Part shown: in pieces, positions 54,801 to 64,000 of the stretch
Numbering within the stretch: position 1 is the stretch's first letter
Layout of the letters: every line of letters starts with the position of its first letter
Source of the DNA: Ruditapes philippinarum
Taxonomy: Eukaryota
NCBI RefSeq assembly: GCF_026571515.1
Contig: NW_026861690.1
Span: forward strand, 124,001 to 188,000
Length of the DNA: 64,000 bases
Direction: 5' to 3'
Notes under the pieces: generated by a model
What the model was told of the DNA's origin: nothing
Seen by the model: only the letters and a program-made list of their open reading frames with translations
Databases searched by the model: none
Translations under genes and position numbers: made by a program

Positions 54801-57800
54801 CTAATATATGAATGTTTAAATATTAACATCCCTTATATAGATAGAAGTTATAACACTATTAATATACCTGTATTGTCATATTTTTAATCATGAAAATTTT
54901 TTTTGTGATTTTATTTCTCTATTCTAGGAACTTCTCATAATAGTAAAAAAAAAATAATAATATTAAACAGGCCCAAATGGATAGCAATTTTAGACTGAAA
55001 CTTTGTGTCAGCTCGAAAGTTTAGAATCTTGCAGTGAAATTAGGTCAAGAGTGGGCTGATGGTCAATGCATGAAGACTTAGAATCCGGCATTAAAATTAG
55101 GTCAAGAGTGGGCGCATAGTCATGTTTTTCAAATCTAGTCATTGGATTGAATCCATATATAGTACCAAGGATTTCTCACACACACAAACAAATTCAATGA
55201 CACTTGTCAATTCCAATCCATCAGAAAAGCGTAGACTTGTTTTAGGTTTCTAACTTTTATCCTTGCAGTTGAGCTAAAATGACATACATGTATATTGCTA
55301 TGCTTAGGTAAATTTCAAATTTGAGTTGCTGTCTTAGTTTGATATATTAGACAATAAAATTGAAGTAACCTCAATTTTGGTCTCAGAAAATTCAGAATTT
55401 ACCAAAACCATAATGCAGGATGTTAGGAATCTAATTTTAACATTCTGCTATTCACCTGCTATCAAGTTTATCAGAATTTGAATTCAGTGAAAAATTTTTA
55501 TAAAATTTTGTGATTTCTAGGAATAAGTATATTGAAAGGATAATTACATAAAAAAACTATTTAACAGAATTAGAATCCAAAAATAGAAAATTTAATGGTA
55601 TCTTGTTAATGCATATCAATTTTTCTTCCTTAGTTTTGTTTTCTTTGTTTACTTATTTCATTTGTGTGTACCATCAAATCTAACATGTTTTTTCGTAAGA
55701 CTATATAATATTGCATGTTATATGACACTTAATTATTTTTTGACAAGATGAATTGCATCGTGGTGTATTCATTTTTCAGATGGTTTTTATGGTTTTATAT
55801 TCTGTATTTTATGTTATCAAAAATTACATCTGTACATTGATGCAAGGATTGCCGGTTTCAAAAGAAATAAAAAATTGTTGGTATAAAGTTTCACAAGGGA
55901 AAACTTTAAAATGAGAGCATAATTTTCCTTATGTAATATAAAGTTATAAATATTTTTATGAGAGGGTTGTATTTAAAAAATTGTTGGTTTTGAAGTCTCA
56001 TGATCTGGGACAGGGGGGTGGGGTCTATGGGCTGGCTCTTATCTGAGATATTTAACATAGGGCCTGCTGGGGCTTCTAAGGTCTTGTGCTCGCTGATGCC
56101 TTAAATATTAGATATAGGGGCACCTGGTTTCTTGGGCATGCTCATGTATAAATATAATACAATACAGGGCACCTTGGGGCCTTTGCTATATCATGCCTGA
56201 AATACTTTAAATAGGGGCACCTGGAGTCTATCGGCTGGCTCATGCCTGAAATAGAAAGCATAGGGGACCTGACATCTTGGGCTGGTGTGTACCTCTTATA
56301 TTAAATGGAGAGAAAACAGGGCTTCTTCACCAGTAAAGCCAGATTGGCACCATATGACTTAAGCTGTAAGACTGAAGTTCTTGTGCAGTAGTGAAATGAA
56401 CCAGAAATCTTAAGATTGACTGAATCAGAATGTTAATCCTTAATTAACTCATTTAGTTTGTGGTGTTTAAGATTTTTGAGGTTGGAATCGTAGAAATTTT
56501 GTATTTCACTTTATTGTGGTTTGCAAAGAACTATCCTTTATAACTTTATGGAATTTATTTTAGAACTATCCTTTTGGTGATTCGTATAATAAAAAAACAG
56601 CTCATACATTTAGACAGTGCAGGTATTTAATTACCTGTCTGGTATGTACATACCTTGACTAGCTTTTACAAGATGTGGTATCTTGTTCTATATAGCAGCT
56701 GAGATAATACATTTTTGAAATGAACTTTCAATGAATGGGGGTTAGTTTACAATTTGTCCTTCAAGGATGAAATAATGAATGCATAATATTTTTTTTTATG
56801 TCTGTATCTAGTTACTGGTCATGTACAGCTTATTATTATACATATGTTGCAAATTATCTACCTTTATATTGCAAAAAAATTTAGGGAAAATATTATCATT
56901 TCTTCATTTCTAAATGAAAAAGGAAGAAATTGTTTATGTTTACCTGTTTATTTTTTAGCTTTCCTTTTTTTTCAACTATAGCTAAGTTTGTACAATAATT
57001 ATAATTTATGAATACTTCAGAAAAACAAAAATTGGTGTACCAGATTAAAAAATCTATTCAATTTTATAATAATTTCCTTAATGCATATTTCATTGTATCA
57101 TAGTTTGTAAGTTATAAAATTATTTAGTATATAGATGGTCATATCATATAGGATGGTGTTAAAGATGATGTTAAGATTAAAAAATTACATTTATTTTCAT
57201 GCTTTTGTCAGTATTTGTAGTGTTTTATTCCCTCTCAATTGTCTGCCTCCTATAGCAAACTTTAAATGTTTCAACTTTTGATATGGAAAAAGTTTACCAG
57301 TCATAATTTCATGTTTTACTTTTCGTTTATTTACAGCATATTCAGGTGACAATAATTCAGACAGCTGACGGTTCTGACGGTTCTGATTTATTTTTTGTTT
57401 ATTTTACAACATATTCAGGTGACACTAATTCAGACGGTTCTGATTTATATTTTTTGTTTATTTACAGCGTATTCAGGTGACGATAATTCAGACGAGCCTG
57501 ATTTTGTGTATGATCCTGAAACTCATCAAATATCAAGTGCTACAACAGGAGCCAATGCTTTAGATCTGTCCCTTAAATTATTAGAAGAAAGTTTAGAGAG
57601 TGGTGCGGCACTTGCTCAATTTGAAGTAAGTCTTATTGTAGTTCACCCAGAAGTGATAATGGGGGCAACCTTGGTGGAGTGGTTAAGGTCATCGACTTCA
57701 AACCACTTGCCCCTCACTGTTATATGTTCAAATCCCAACAGATACTTTGGATTCTTTCATTTGAGGATGCTAGCTTACCAAATGTTGGTGGTTCTGCTCA

Positions 57801-60800
57801 GGTGCCTGTTTGTGAGGAGAATAATGGAATGGCACCAGAGGTCTCCCTTCTGATTTGTATATAAGAGGTCACTTGTCCTACTTATGAGAGGTCTGTGGTT
57901 CTAGTTATGAGAGGTCTGTAGTTTTACTTATGAGAGATCTGTGGTTCTATGTATGATTACTGATTAGGTCTGTTGTTTTACATATAAGAGGTCCATCTTC
58001 TACTTTTGTGTCTGATTGTGCCTGAAATAAAGCACATAGTGGCGCCAGAGGTCTTCCTCCACAAGTTAAGTTGGAAAGTAGCCAGAATTATGACCTTTGT
58101 GCCTTAAAAACTAAAAAAACAAATAAAAATGTTTAGCAGATGTTCAGAGTTGAGCTATCTTGGGTTGTCTTGGCCTTCTTGTATCACTGTTATTAGGGTT
58201 GACGATTTGATGAACTGAGGACATTTTCTTAGAATTAGTGTATCATAGTTAGCCTCAGCACTTTGATTAAATTTTGTAGTCACATATGTTATGTTATGAT
58301 GTACAGGGGCAGTGTTTTCATACTGCATATTATTTCACACATACGAAATATAACCAATGAGCCGTCAAGATTTGAACCATATGATGTTCCAACAGAAATC
58401 ATTGTTAGATACATGTACAATGTTATCAATTTATCCTCTTTTACTTTTTCAAAATATCCATATGAAATGCAAATGCGGTAACAATAAAAATGGTGGTGTG
58501 AAATTGGGAGGTAATTATATATATATATAGATAATATTTGAAAGCAATTTACAGCTGCAAAATTTATATCAGACTTGGCTAGTGCCTTGTCCAGTAAAGG
58601 TTTGCCAGCTGTGTAATTCAGTATTGTTCTAACCTCATATAGTCTTGCATGTAATGATGTACAGTACAAGTGTATTGATATATTATATGTTGTGATTTTC
58701 AGCAATTATATAGGAAGAAACCAGGTATGACTATGAACATAGCACGATTAGAAGCCAATGTACCAAAGAACAGATACAGAGATATATCACCTTGTAAGTT
58801 ATCTCATACCTACCCTACATTTCTTAAATAGACTTGTCCATCATTCATTCTGGGCAAGCCCATTTCATGATTTTTAGGGAAAATTTCAAAATATGTATCC
58901 ACTGAATACCAAACAGTGCAGACCATGATCAGACAGAAAGGATCTATTGGATATTCTTGGTATACACTGGTTGCATGTGTAGATTCGATTGCCACTAAAG
59001 ATTAAAAGGGTTTTTTTTTAACGCCATATATTAAATCTATGCAGATTTGGTTGAATTTTTATGAAAACTTAAGAGTTTGGGTAAAAATTTTTAACCTTTT
59101 TTTATGCTCTTGTGAGGAGCTTTGTTTTGTTGTGTTGCTCTGATTAATAATAGGGAGATAAACTTTTAGTGTGTGATTTTAACATAGGAAATAAGCAGAA
59201 ACAGTTTATTCTTAGAAAAATGAAGTAAAGGTCTGGTGCAGAATAAACCAACGGCCATTTAGTACCTGAAATAGATGATATACAATTATATGTACTATAA
59301 TACTACACATTTGTAACGTTGCTTTTCATTGGATAATCTAGAGGGTTATAAAAACTATATACACAACTTCTGTTATAAAGTAATTAAATTTTTTTTCTGA
59401 AAATAAGGAATTTTGCTTTATTATTAATTTCGTTAAAAAGATTCTTGACAGTTTATATGGCTGTATATAGATGGTTATATGCAATATAACCCTTGGTTGT
59501 TGACGGCTCTGGATTTATGTATGCAAATAACGGTTTATATAGTGCCATGTCTAACCTGTCTAAAATCTCTATAACTAATAAGAATAAAACAAAGTTAACA
59601 ATGTAATCAACATCAGACTGTCATTCTAATCCTTAAAGTTTCATTTTCACAGATGATCAGACCCGTGTTATGATTAAGAACGCAAACAACGGGGACTATA
59701 TCAATGCCAACTATGTAAATGTAAGTATTTAATTTTTCCATAACTGCAAAGAAGGTTTAACTGGCTTGAAGTAAGTTTGAATTCCCAAAGGGTTTCTACA
59801 CTGGCATTATGTCATAGAATTCTCTTAGCGTCCCAAACTGGGATGATGTCAATTTGAATTTTTTTAGGGTCCCTTTCTGGTGTGATTTCAGTAGACATTG
59901 GCATGATGGCAAGTAAGTTTGAATCTGAATATTGTTCTATACTGGCATGATGTCACTAGAATTCGTTAAGGTTTCTTAACTGGCATAATTATATAAGTTT
60001 AAGTTCTGTAAGAGTTTCCACACTATATTAAGATATAGAAACAAAACATTCTGTACACAAGTTTTGAACATTTTATGTTTGTGTCAGGTTTGGATTATTA
60101 ACAACTTGTGAAATATATGAATATAAAGTGATAATTGTTACCATAGCAACTTGAACCTGACAGTGTACATTATAACATTTATATAATTTTTTTTGAAAAT
60201 AAATACTGTAAATGATTATGAAACTGTCTGTGTGAAAAATCAACATTTGATGAAAGGGAGGTAATAAAAACTTATTTCAATTTAGAGCTTTTACTGATGA
60301 ATGTATGTTATGTATGTGCATGACTGCTGTAAATTATTTCTGAGTTATTTCTGAGAAAACAATTCTCCAGTGTTACAAATTTATCATAGGTGCATCTGTG
60401 ACTGAATGGTTTTGGTCATTGACTTTAAAACACTTGCCCTTCACTGCTGTGGGTTTAAATCCCGATAGGGACTTACTTATGATTCTTTCATGTGAGGAAG
60501 CTATCCATGTAGTTTTTGGCATGTGGTGGTTCTACTCAGGTGCTCTTTCGTGTCTGGAATAATGCAAAGGAGGGCACCTAAGGTCTTCCTCCAATAGTAA
60601 ATCTGGAAAGTTGACATATGACCTATACTGTGTTGGTGTGACATAAACCCCCCCCCCCCCAAAAAAAAATAAAAAAAAAATATATATATAAAAAAATTAT
60701 TTTGCAGATTTTTGACCAGTCACATGACAGTGTTTGCTATATAAGTTTATTACCATTCATATTGTACTATGTACATGTAGCCTATCAAATTTCTTTGTAA

Positions 60801-63646
60801 CTAAATTAATAGAGTGTGGACAGTTTAAATTCCAAATTCCTGTGCCTACCTTTACTGTTGCAAGCCTTGAAAAAATAAATTACCTCCTTCACCTGGAGTA
60901 CTGTTATTTTACAGTACTTGGGAAAAGAAATGTATGTCAGAAAAGAAATGTTTCTATTAGCATACCATGGGATTTACACATATGCAGATACAGAATTAGC
61001 AAGACTTAGTTCTAAATATCAATTAGGGAAAAGAATGCTTTTATAAATGTTCTTTTATGATGGAATGTTCTTTTAGTATGTGGTATATTGAAAACAGTTA
61101 AACGTTTTGAAATGGGTGTTACTGAACATCATAATTACACTGTAGGAATGCTTGTGGATTTTTGTGATCTCAGAAGTTTTGTAATGGGGCATGTGCACAA
61201 AATATCTTCTTCCCTTTCCATAGCACTAATCTTGTCTTCTAAGTTTAACAAAACAAAATTTGATGAAATGATATGACATGAATGTAAGGATATGCTTTAT
61301 GTAACAGCTTTTTGATAAAAATCTTCCAAGAATATTGTAGTGGATGTAAAAGGTCAAAGTTGAATAATTTACTATTATGTCAAGAGCATTTAAAAAGTTA
61401 TGTGAGTAGGAATCCCTCCAGGTAAGTTGATATGTGTTGATTTCTTCAAGGTATCTAGCTTTGTTCTGTGGATCTTGTCTGGTGGTTTACCTGTAGGTTA
61501 GACTCCTTTAAAACTCAATTTTTAACCCAAGGCAATGAAGATTTGACCTTATACACCAAAGGCAAAAAAATGAATGGGTCAATAAATGGAGATTGTTTTT
61601 ATTTACAGATGGAAATCCCAGTATCTGGAATATTGAACCGATATATAGCCGCTCAGGGTCCTTTGCCAACTACGTGTATAGACTTTTGGCAGATGATCTG
61701 GGAACAACAATCTACACTAGTCGTTATGCTTACTACCAAGGTATACATCTTATATCTAGATATTTGAGCTGTGCCATGACAAAACCAACATATGGTCTGG
61801 ATCCATGCTGGTCGCAAACGCATTATGTTGGTTTTGTCATGGCACGGCTCATTTTATTATCTAATTCATTAATGATATATGCTTTTTATAACATTTATCA
61901 CATGCATGTAGATTCTTCGTTAATGAGTGTGTTTATGAATGCTCCATTGTATGATACAACAATTTATTTGAACTTGAATTTATCTTTTCCTGTGAATTTA
62001 TTTGTATAGTTCTGCGATAATGAAATTACAACACTTTATGAGATCAAAAGTGACCTCTCTAGCCTAACTAACATAACAGTAAATATCTCGGGCTTAATCT
62101 TTACATATTTTTGTATCATCAGGTGGAGCGAGGTCGTATAAAATGTCACCAGTACTGGCCTGACCTGTACGAGACTTCAGACTTTGGCCCTCTACAGATC
62201 ACATGTGTTAAAGAGGAGGAGTCAGCCTCATTTGCATTTAGGGAATTTAACTTGACTCATGTGGAGGTAAGTCATTGGAAAGGGATATTCTCTTGATATC
62301 TTGAATGGGGGCATTGTATCAGTAGCTTGAGAAATAGCTTGAGAATAAGGAATAACAGATACTTCCCTTAACAAGGAGATACTTAAATAATATATACCTT
62401 TGTTCAATAAAATGGATAAATAACTTAAATCTTTTCTTCAACAATTCATTTCCAAACACTATATTTATTTAATACCGTTCCTTTTACGTGCTAAATTTGG
62501 CGTCTATCAACTTACACGTCTGTTTTGTATGTTTATGTCATTTCCTTTGTTATTTATCATATCAACTCACTGATGAAGTTTAATAAAGAGAAACATGTTA
62601 TAATAAACTTAGTTGGTTTGTGATCTTTTTATCATATTATACAAACCATGACAATTTATAATTTTAAGAGGGAACATATTTTGTTTCACTTCCGTAAAAT
62701 TGAAAAGCAAGGGCGTCAAACTTTTGTGAATGGTAATGAGTATTTTATGTGTGTAGTTTTAGTTGGTATTGATAAATAGAGTCTACCTGCTATTAAAATA
62801 TTAAGTTGTTATTAACATAAATTTTAGTGAACAACTAACTTCTTATTATTGACTTCAGCATAAGTTTTAGTAACCATCAAACATATTATTATTGTGTTTA
62901 TTACAGTCGGCGGAGGAGCGACATATATCTCACATGCAGTATATAGCATGGCCGGATCACGGTGTACCAGATGATCCGGCCGATTTCCTCGATTTTGTAC
63001 AGAAAGTACGGCAAAAACGGGTCGGTCTAGTAGAACCATCAATAGTCCATTGTAGGTAAGTGGTCGTTGATTTATAGGTGAATTGTTTTTTTCCAGAGCT
63101 CACTTTGTTATTGTCATAGTCATTTACTAGGGAGACAGTGCCTTTGGGTTCGAACTTAAGATCATTGAAAGTGTAAATAGTATGAAGGTTCTACATGTAA
63201 TACATGGTCTTAACCTTAGTTATTTTAGAGCATTGTATTTCAGTAGAGTTTGATGGTAATTTGAGAGGTTTAGTCAGGTGTTAATTTTATCCAAGATGTT
63301 CAGATTGTTAAATTAAACATTACTTACAATACTCAGGCTTTAAACTCATAAATACTTACAAACAGTATTTAACCAAGTTTGTAGCATTTTTTGTTTGTTT
63401 TTCTTATGGTTTTGTTTTTTAATGCTGCAAAATACTTTTAAAAAAAATATAAAACCAAATCTTATTTTTATAGAATTTAATGTGTTAACACTGTAACTAT
63501 CTGTTTACAGTGCTGGTATTGGTAGAACAGGTGTTTTAATCACCATGGAAACAGCCATGTGTCTTATAGAAGCTAATCAACCAGTATATCCATTGTCTAT
63601 AGTTAGGCAAATGAGAGACCAGAGAGCGATGTTAATACAGACTCCG
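27740..63646 (+). CDS. PTPN4: Multi-exon PTPN3/PTPN4 (PTP-MEG)-like non-receptor tyrosine phosphatase, partial (linker, PDZ and PTP domain; FERM exons upstream and last exon downstream of the window)
   Basis: Manual splicing at GT-AG sites gives a phase-consistent ORF. It contains a PDZ domain ([21 protein letters not shown]...[16 protein letters not shown]...[13 protein letters not shown]...VRPN) followed by a classical PTP domain ([59 protein letters not shown]). This order is characteristic of the PTPN3/PTPN4/Ptpmeg family. Confidence 0.93.
27890..28330 (+). repeat. Degenerate ~37-40-bp tandem repeat beginning at the exon 27740-27899 donor
   Basis: Unit tgtatc(g/a)taagtactgaaattgtatttcatagaaatg repeated ~10 times. 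Confidence 0.8.
28399..28582. mobile_element. Same palindromic MITE family, internally deleted
   Basis: Shared arms. Confidence 0.8.
29560..29880 (+). promoter_or_regulatory. Candidate intronic promoter/enhancer (perfect CRE TGACGTCA 29598-29605, E-box CAGCTG, inverted CCAAT 29839-29843)
   Basis: Motif cluster in non-repetitive sequence ~2.8 kb upstream of the 264-aa exon; motif evidence only. Confidence 0.3.
32687..33478 (+). CDS. Putative alternative first coding exon (264 aa novel N-terminus) of the phosphatase
   Basis: A 266-aa ORF in AT-rich intron with an in-frame TGA (32672-32674) just upstream of the ATG. It ends at AAG|gtatgt in phase 0, two codons before the stop, which is compatible with the acceptor at 51470. 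Confidence 0.65.
34300..34560. repeat. 60-bp tandem repeat, ~4 copies
   Basis: The segments starting at 34321, 34381 and 34441 are nearly identical. Confidence 0.93.
35101..35768. repeat. 15-bp minisatellite (ggtgttcacagtaat / ggtgttcacattaaa), ~44 units with a 45-bp higher-order pattern
   Basis: Directly visible; it explains the repetitive ORFs in three frames. Confidence 0.97.
37760..37830 (+). promoter_or_regulatory. Candidate intronic promoter (two inverted CCAAT boxes at 37772 and 37813 flanking an ETS core)
   Basis: gattggg and gattggctg lie 41 bp apart with ttcctg between them, upstream of the 707-aa exon; motif evidence only. Confidence 0.3.
41907..42277. mobile_element. Same palindromic MITE family, carrying a nested 136-bp insertion
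   Basis: Same arms as 16163; insert at 42051-42186. Confidence 0.85.
43053..45173 (+). CDS. Putative large alternative first coding exon (707 aa, K/R/S/D-rich, probably disordered)
   Basis: An uninterrupted 713-aa ORF with an in-frame TGA at 43011-43013 upstream. It ends at AAG|gtgaga in phase 0 shortly before the stop and has no transposase or reverse-transcriptase motifs. Confidence 0.72.
46460..46900. repeat. 51-bp tandem repeat, ~8 copies
   Basis: catgaactatttttgtaatggtaagactgatagtgaataacagcaactgca at 46570, 46621 and 46672, plus degenerate flanking copies. Confidence 0.92.
49592..50107. mobile_element. ~516-bp MITE with ~28-bp terminal inverted repeats
   Basis: tataactgcaaatcggctcttacaactcg ... 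cgagtaagagcctatttgcagttata. Confidence 0.72.
50800..50878. repeat. ~27-bp tandem repeat x3 (cacattatcttgaatgatctatac)
   Basis: Directly visible. Confidence 0.8.
51470..51565 (+). CDS. PTPN4: First PDZ exon ([14 protein letters not shown]... then frameshift-scrambled IRMIPDD..FNV)
   Basis: Acceptor tattttcag and donor CAG|gtgacg. The expected PDZ betaA/betaB sequence (IRMxPD..GRFGFNVK) is recognisable only by switching frames. Confidence 0.7.
52278..52545 (+). mobile_element. SINE, same family as 60389 (partial second copy at ~52120-52225)
   Basis: Shared head and core sequence. Confidence 0.78.
53199..53342 (+). CDS. PTPN4: PDZ exon [48 protein letters not shown]
   Basis: ttcag acceptor, CAG|gtatgt donor, 144 nt, phase 0-0, clear PTPN3/4-type PDZ sequence. 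Confidence 0.95.
53405..53478. repeat. (GAT)n microsatellite
   Basis: Directly visible. Confidence 0.85.
54462..54531 (+). CDS. PTPN4: PDZ C-terminal exon variant A: [23 protein letters not shown]
   Basis: tttgcacag acceptor, G|gtaagt donor, 70 nt, phase 0-1. Confidence 0.93.
54616..54685 (+). CDS. PTPN4: PDZ C-terminal exon variant B (duplicated, likely mutually exclusive): [23 protein letters not shown]
   Basis: Long pyrimidine tract plus cctag acceptor and G|gtatgt donor. Same length (70 nt) and phase as variant A, with 14/23 identical residues. Confidence 0.85.
57468..57625 (+). CDS. PTPN4: PDZ-PTP linker exon (A)[17 protein letters not shown]...[11 protein letters not shown]
   Basis: tttacag acceptor, GAA|gtaagt donor, 158 nt, phase 1-0. 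Confidence 0.9.
57660..58110 (+). mobile_element. SINE copy of the same family, interrupted by a ~21-bp tandem expansion (57860-58005)
   Basis: Shared head, core and 3' end; internal repeats of cttatgagaggtctgtggtt. Confidence 0.7.
58703..58793 (+). CDS. PTPN4: PTP exon [30 protein letters not shown](Y)
   Basis: ttttcag / gtaagt splice sites; KNRY pTyr-recognition loop. Confidence 0.95.
59653..59720 (+). CDS. PTPN4: PTP exon (Y)[22 protein letters not shown]
   Basis: ttcacag / gtaagt splice sites; DYINAN motif. Confidence 0.95.
60389..60680 (+). mobile_element. tRNA-derived SINE, second family (near full-length copy)
   Basis: tRNA-like head, core attctttcatgtgaggaagctatcca...ggtggttctactcaggtg...ggcacctaaggtcttcctcca...atatgacctatactgtgttggtg, and an A-rich tail. 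The same core recurs elsewhere in the window. Confidence 0.8.
61609..61740 (+). CDS. PTPN4: PTP exon [44 protein letters not shown]
   Basis: tttacag / gtatac splice sites; YIAAQGP and DFWQM motifs. Confidence 0.95.
61765..61851. mobile_element. Same palindromic MITE family, collapsed 87-bp copy in a short PTP intron
   Basis: Both termini are retained and the centre is deleted. Confidence 0.8.
62123..62266 (+). CDS. PTPN4: PTP exon [16 protein letters not shown]...[10 protein letters not shown]
   Basis: catcag / gtaagt splice sites; KCxxYWP motif. Confidence 0.95.
62907..63055 (+). CDS. PTPN4: PTP exon [49 protein letters not shown](S)
   Basis: ttacag / gtaagt splice sites; WPD loop and catalytic HC. 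Confidence 0.96.
63511..63646 (+). CDS. PTPN4: PTP exon (S)[45 protein letters not shown]
   Basis: tttacag / gtatgt splice sites; completes the [11 protein letters not shown]-loop and the Q-loop. Confidence 0.96.
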
Positions 63647-64000
63647 GTATGTTTACCTAACTTAATCTCTTTGAAATCAAGTAGGCAAAAAGGAATTTAG
63701 AATGCCACCTGTATATCAAGTATAGTAGAGTCAGGCCAGTTTGTATATATTGACTGCCGCATACCCTTCAAAGCAGGTAACATTGGGTCGTACCATACTG
63801 GGTTTACAACAATGTTTTCTTATTTTACAATAATTATTACAAAGAGTTGTTTGAATAAACTAAAACTGTCTTCATGATCAAACTTTAATACTAGGGATGG
63901 GAATGAATTCTGAAATCAGTATTTGAATATTCGGTTTTGTCAGATTCAATTATAATGGCATATTCGGTTTTAACTTTTTATATAAATTACTTAAGATCAC

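Noticed and set aside
62824-63042. Minus-strand ORF (also 44295, 44724, 32725 and 58289)
   Set aside because: Antisense shadows of real + strand coding exons.
63892-63975. TAGGGATG start with repeated tattcggttt, possibly a hAT-type element end
   Set aside because: No matching opposite terminus is visible before the window ends.

Overview
AT-rich, intron-dominated animal genomic DNA. The repeat landscape (HINE/Helentron-like elements with central tandem arrays, tRNA-derived SINEs, palindromic MITEs) suggests a bivalve mollusc; this is an inference. The whole window appears to lie inside one + strand gene, a PTPN3/PTPN4 (PTP-MEG)-family non-receptor tyrosine phosphatase. I can trace a linker exon (27740-27899), PDZ exons (51470-54685), a post-PDZ linker exon and six PTP catalytic-domain exons ([19 protein letters not shown] and QTP motifs) to 63646. 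The FERM exons and the last exon lie outside the window. The most notable signal is a modular isoform system. (1) A tandem pair of 70-nt, apparently mutually exclusive exons encodes two versions of the PDZ alphaB-betaF segment, with a TGCATG (RBFOX) motif between them. (2) Several intronic alternative first coding exons (264 aa, 707 aa, and short 35-aa and 27-aa candidates) have donor phases that match the downstream acceptors and would replace the FERM domain. (3) Two splice sites have been tandemly amplified. The first PDZ exon is scrambled by small indels and is probably an assembly error. No prokaryotic features, CRISPR arrays, rRNA or true tRNA genes were seen.
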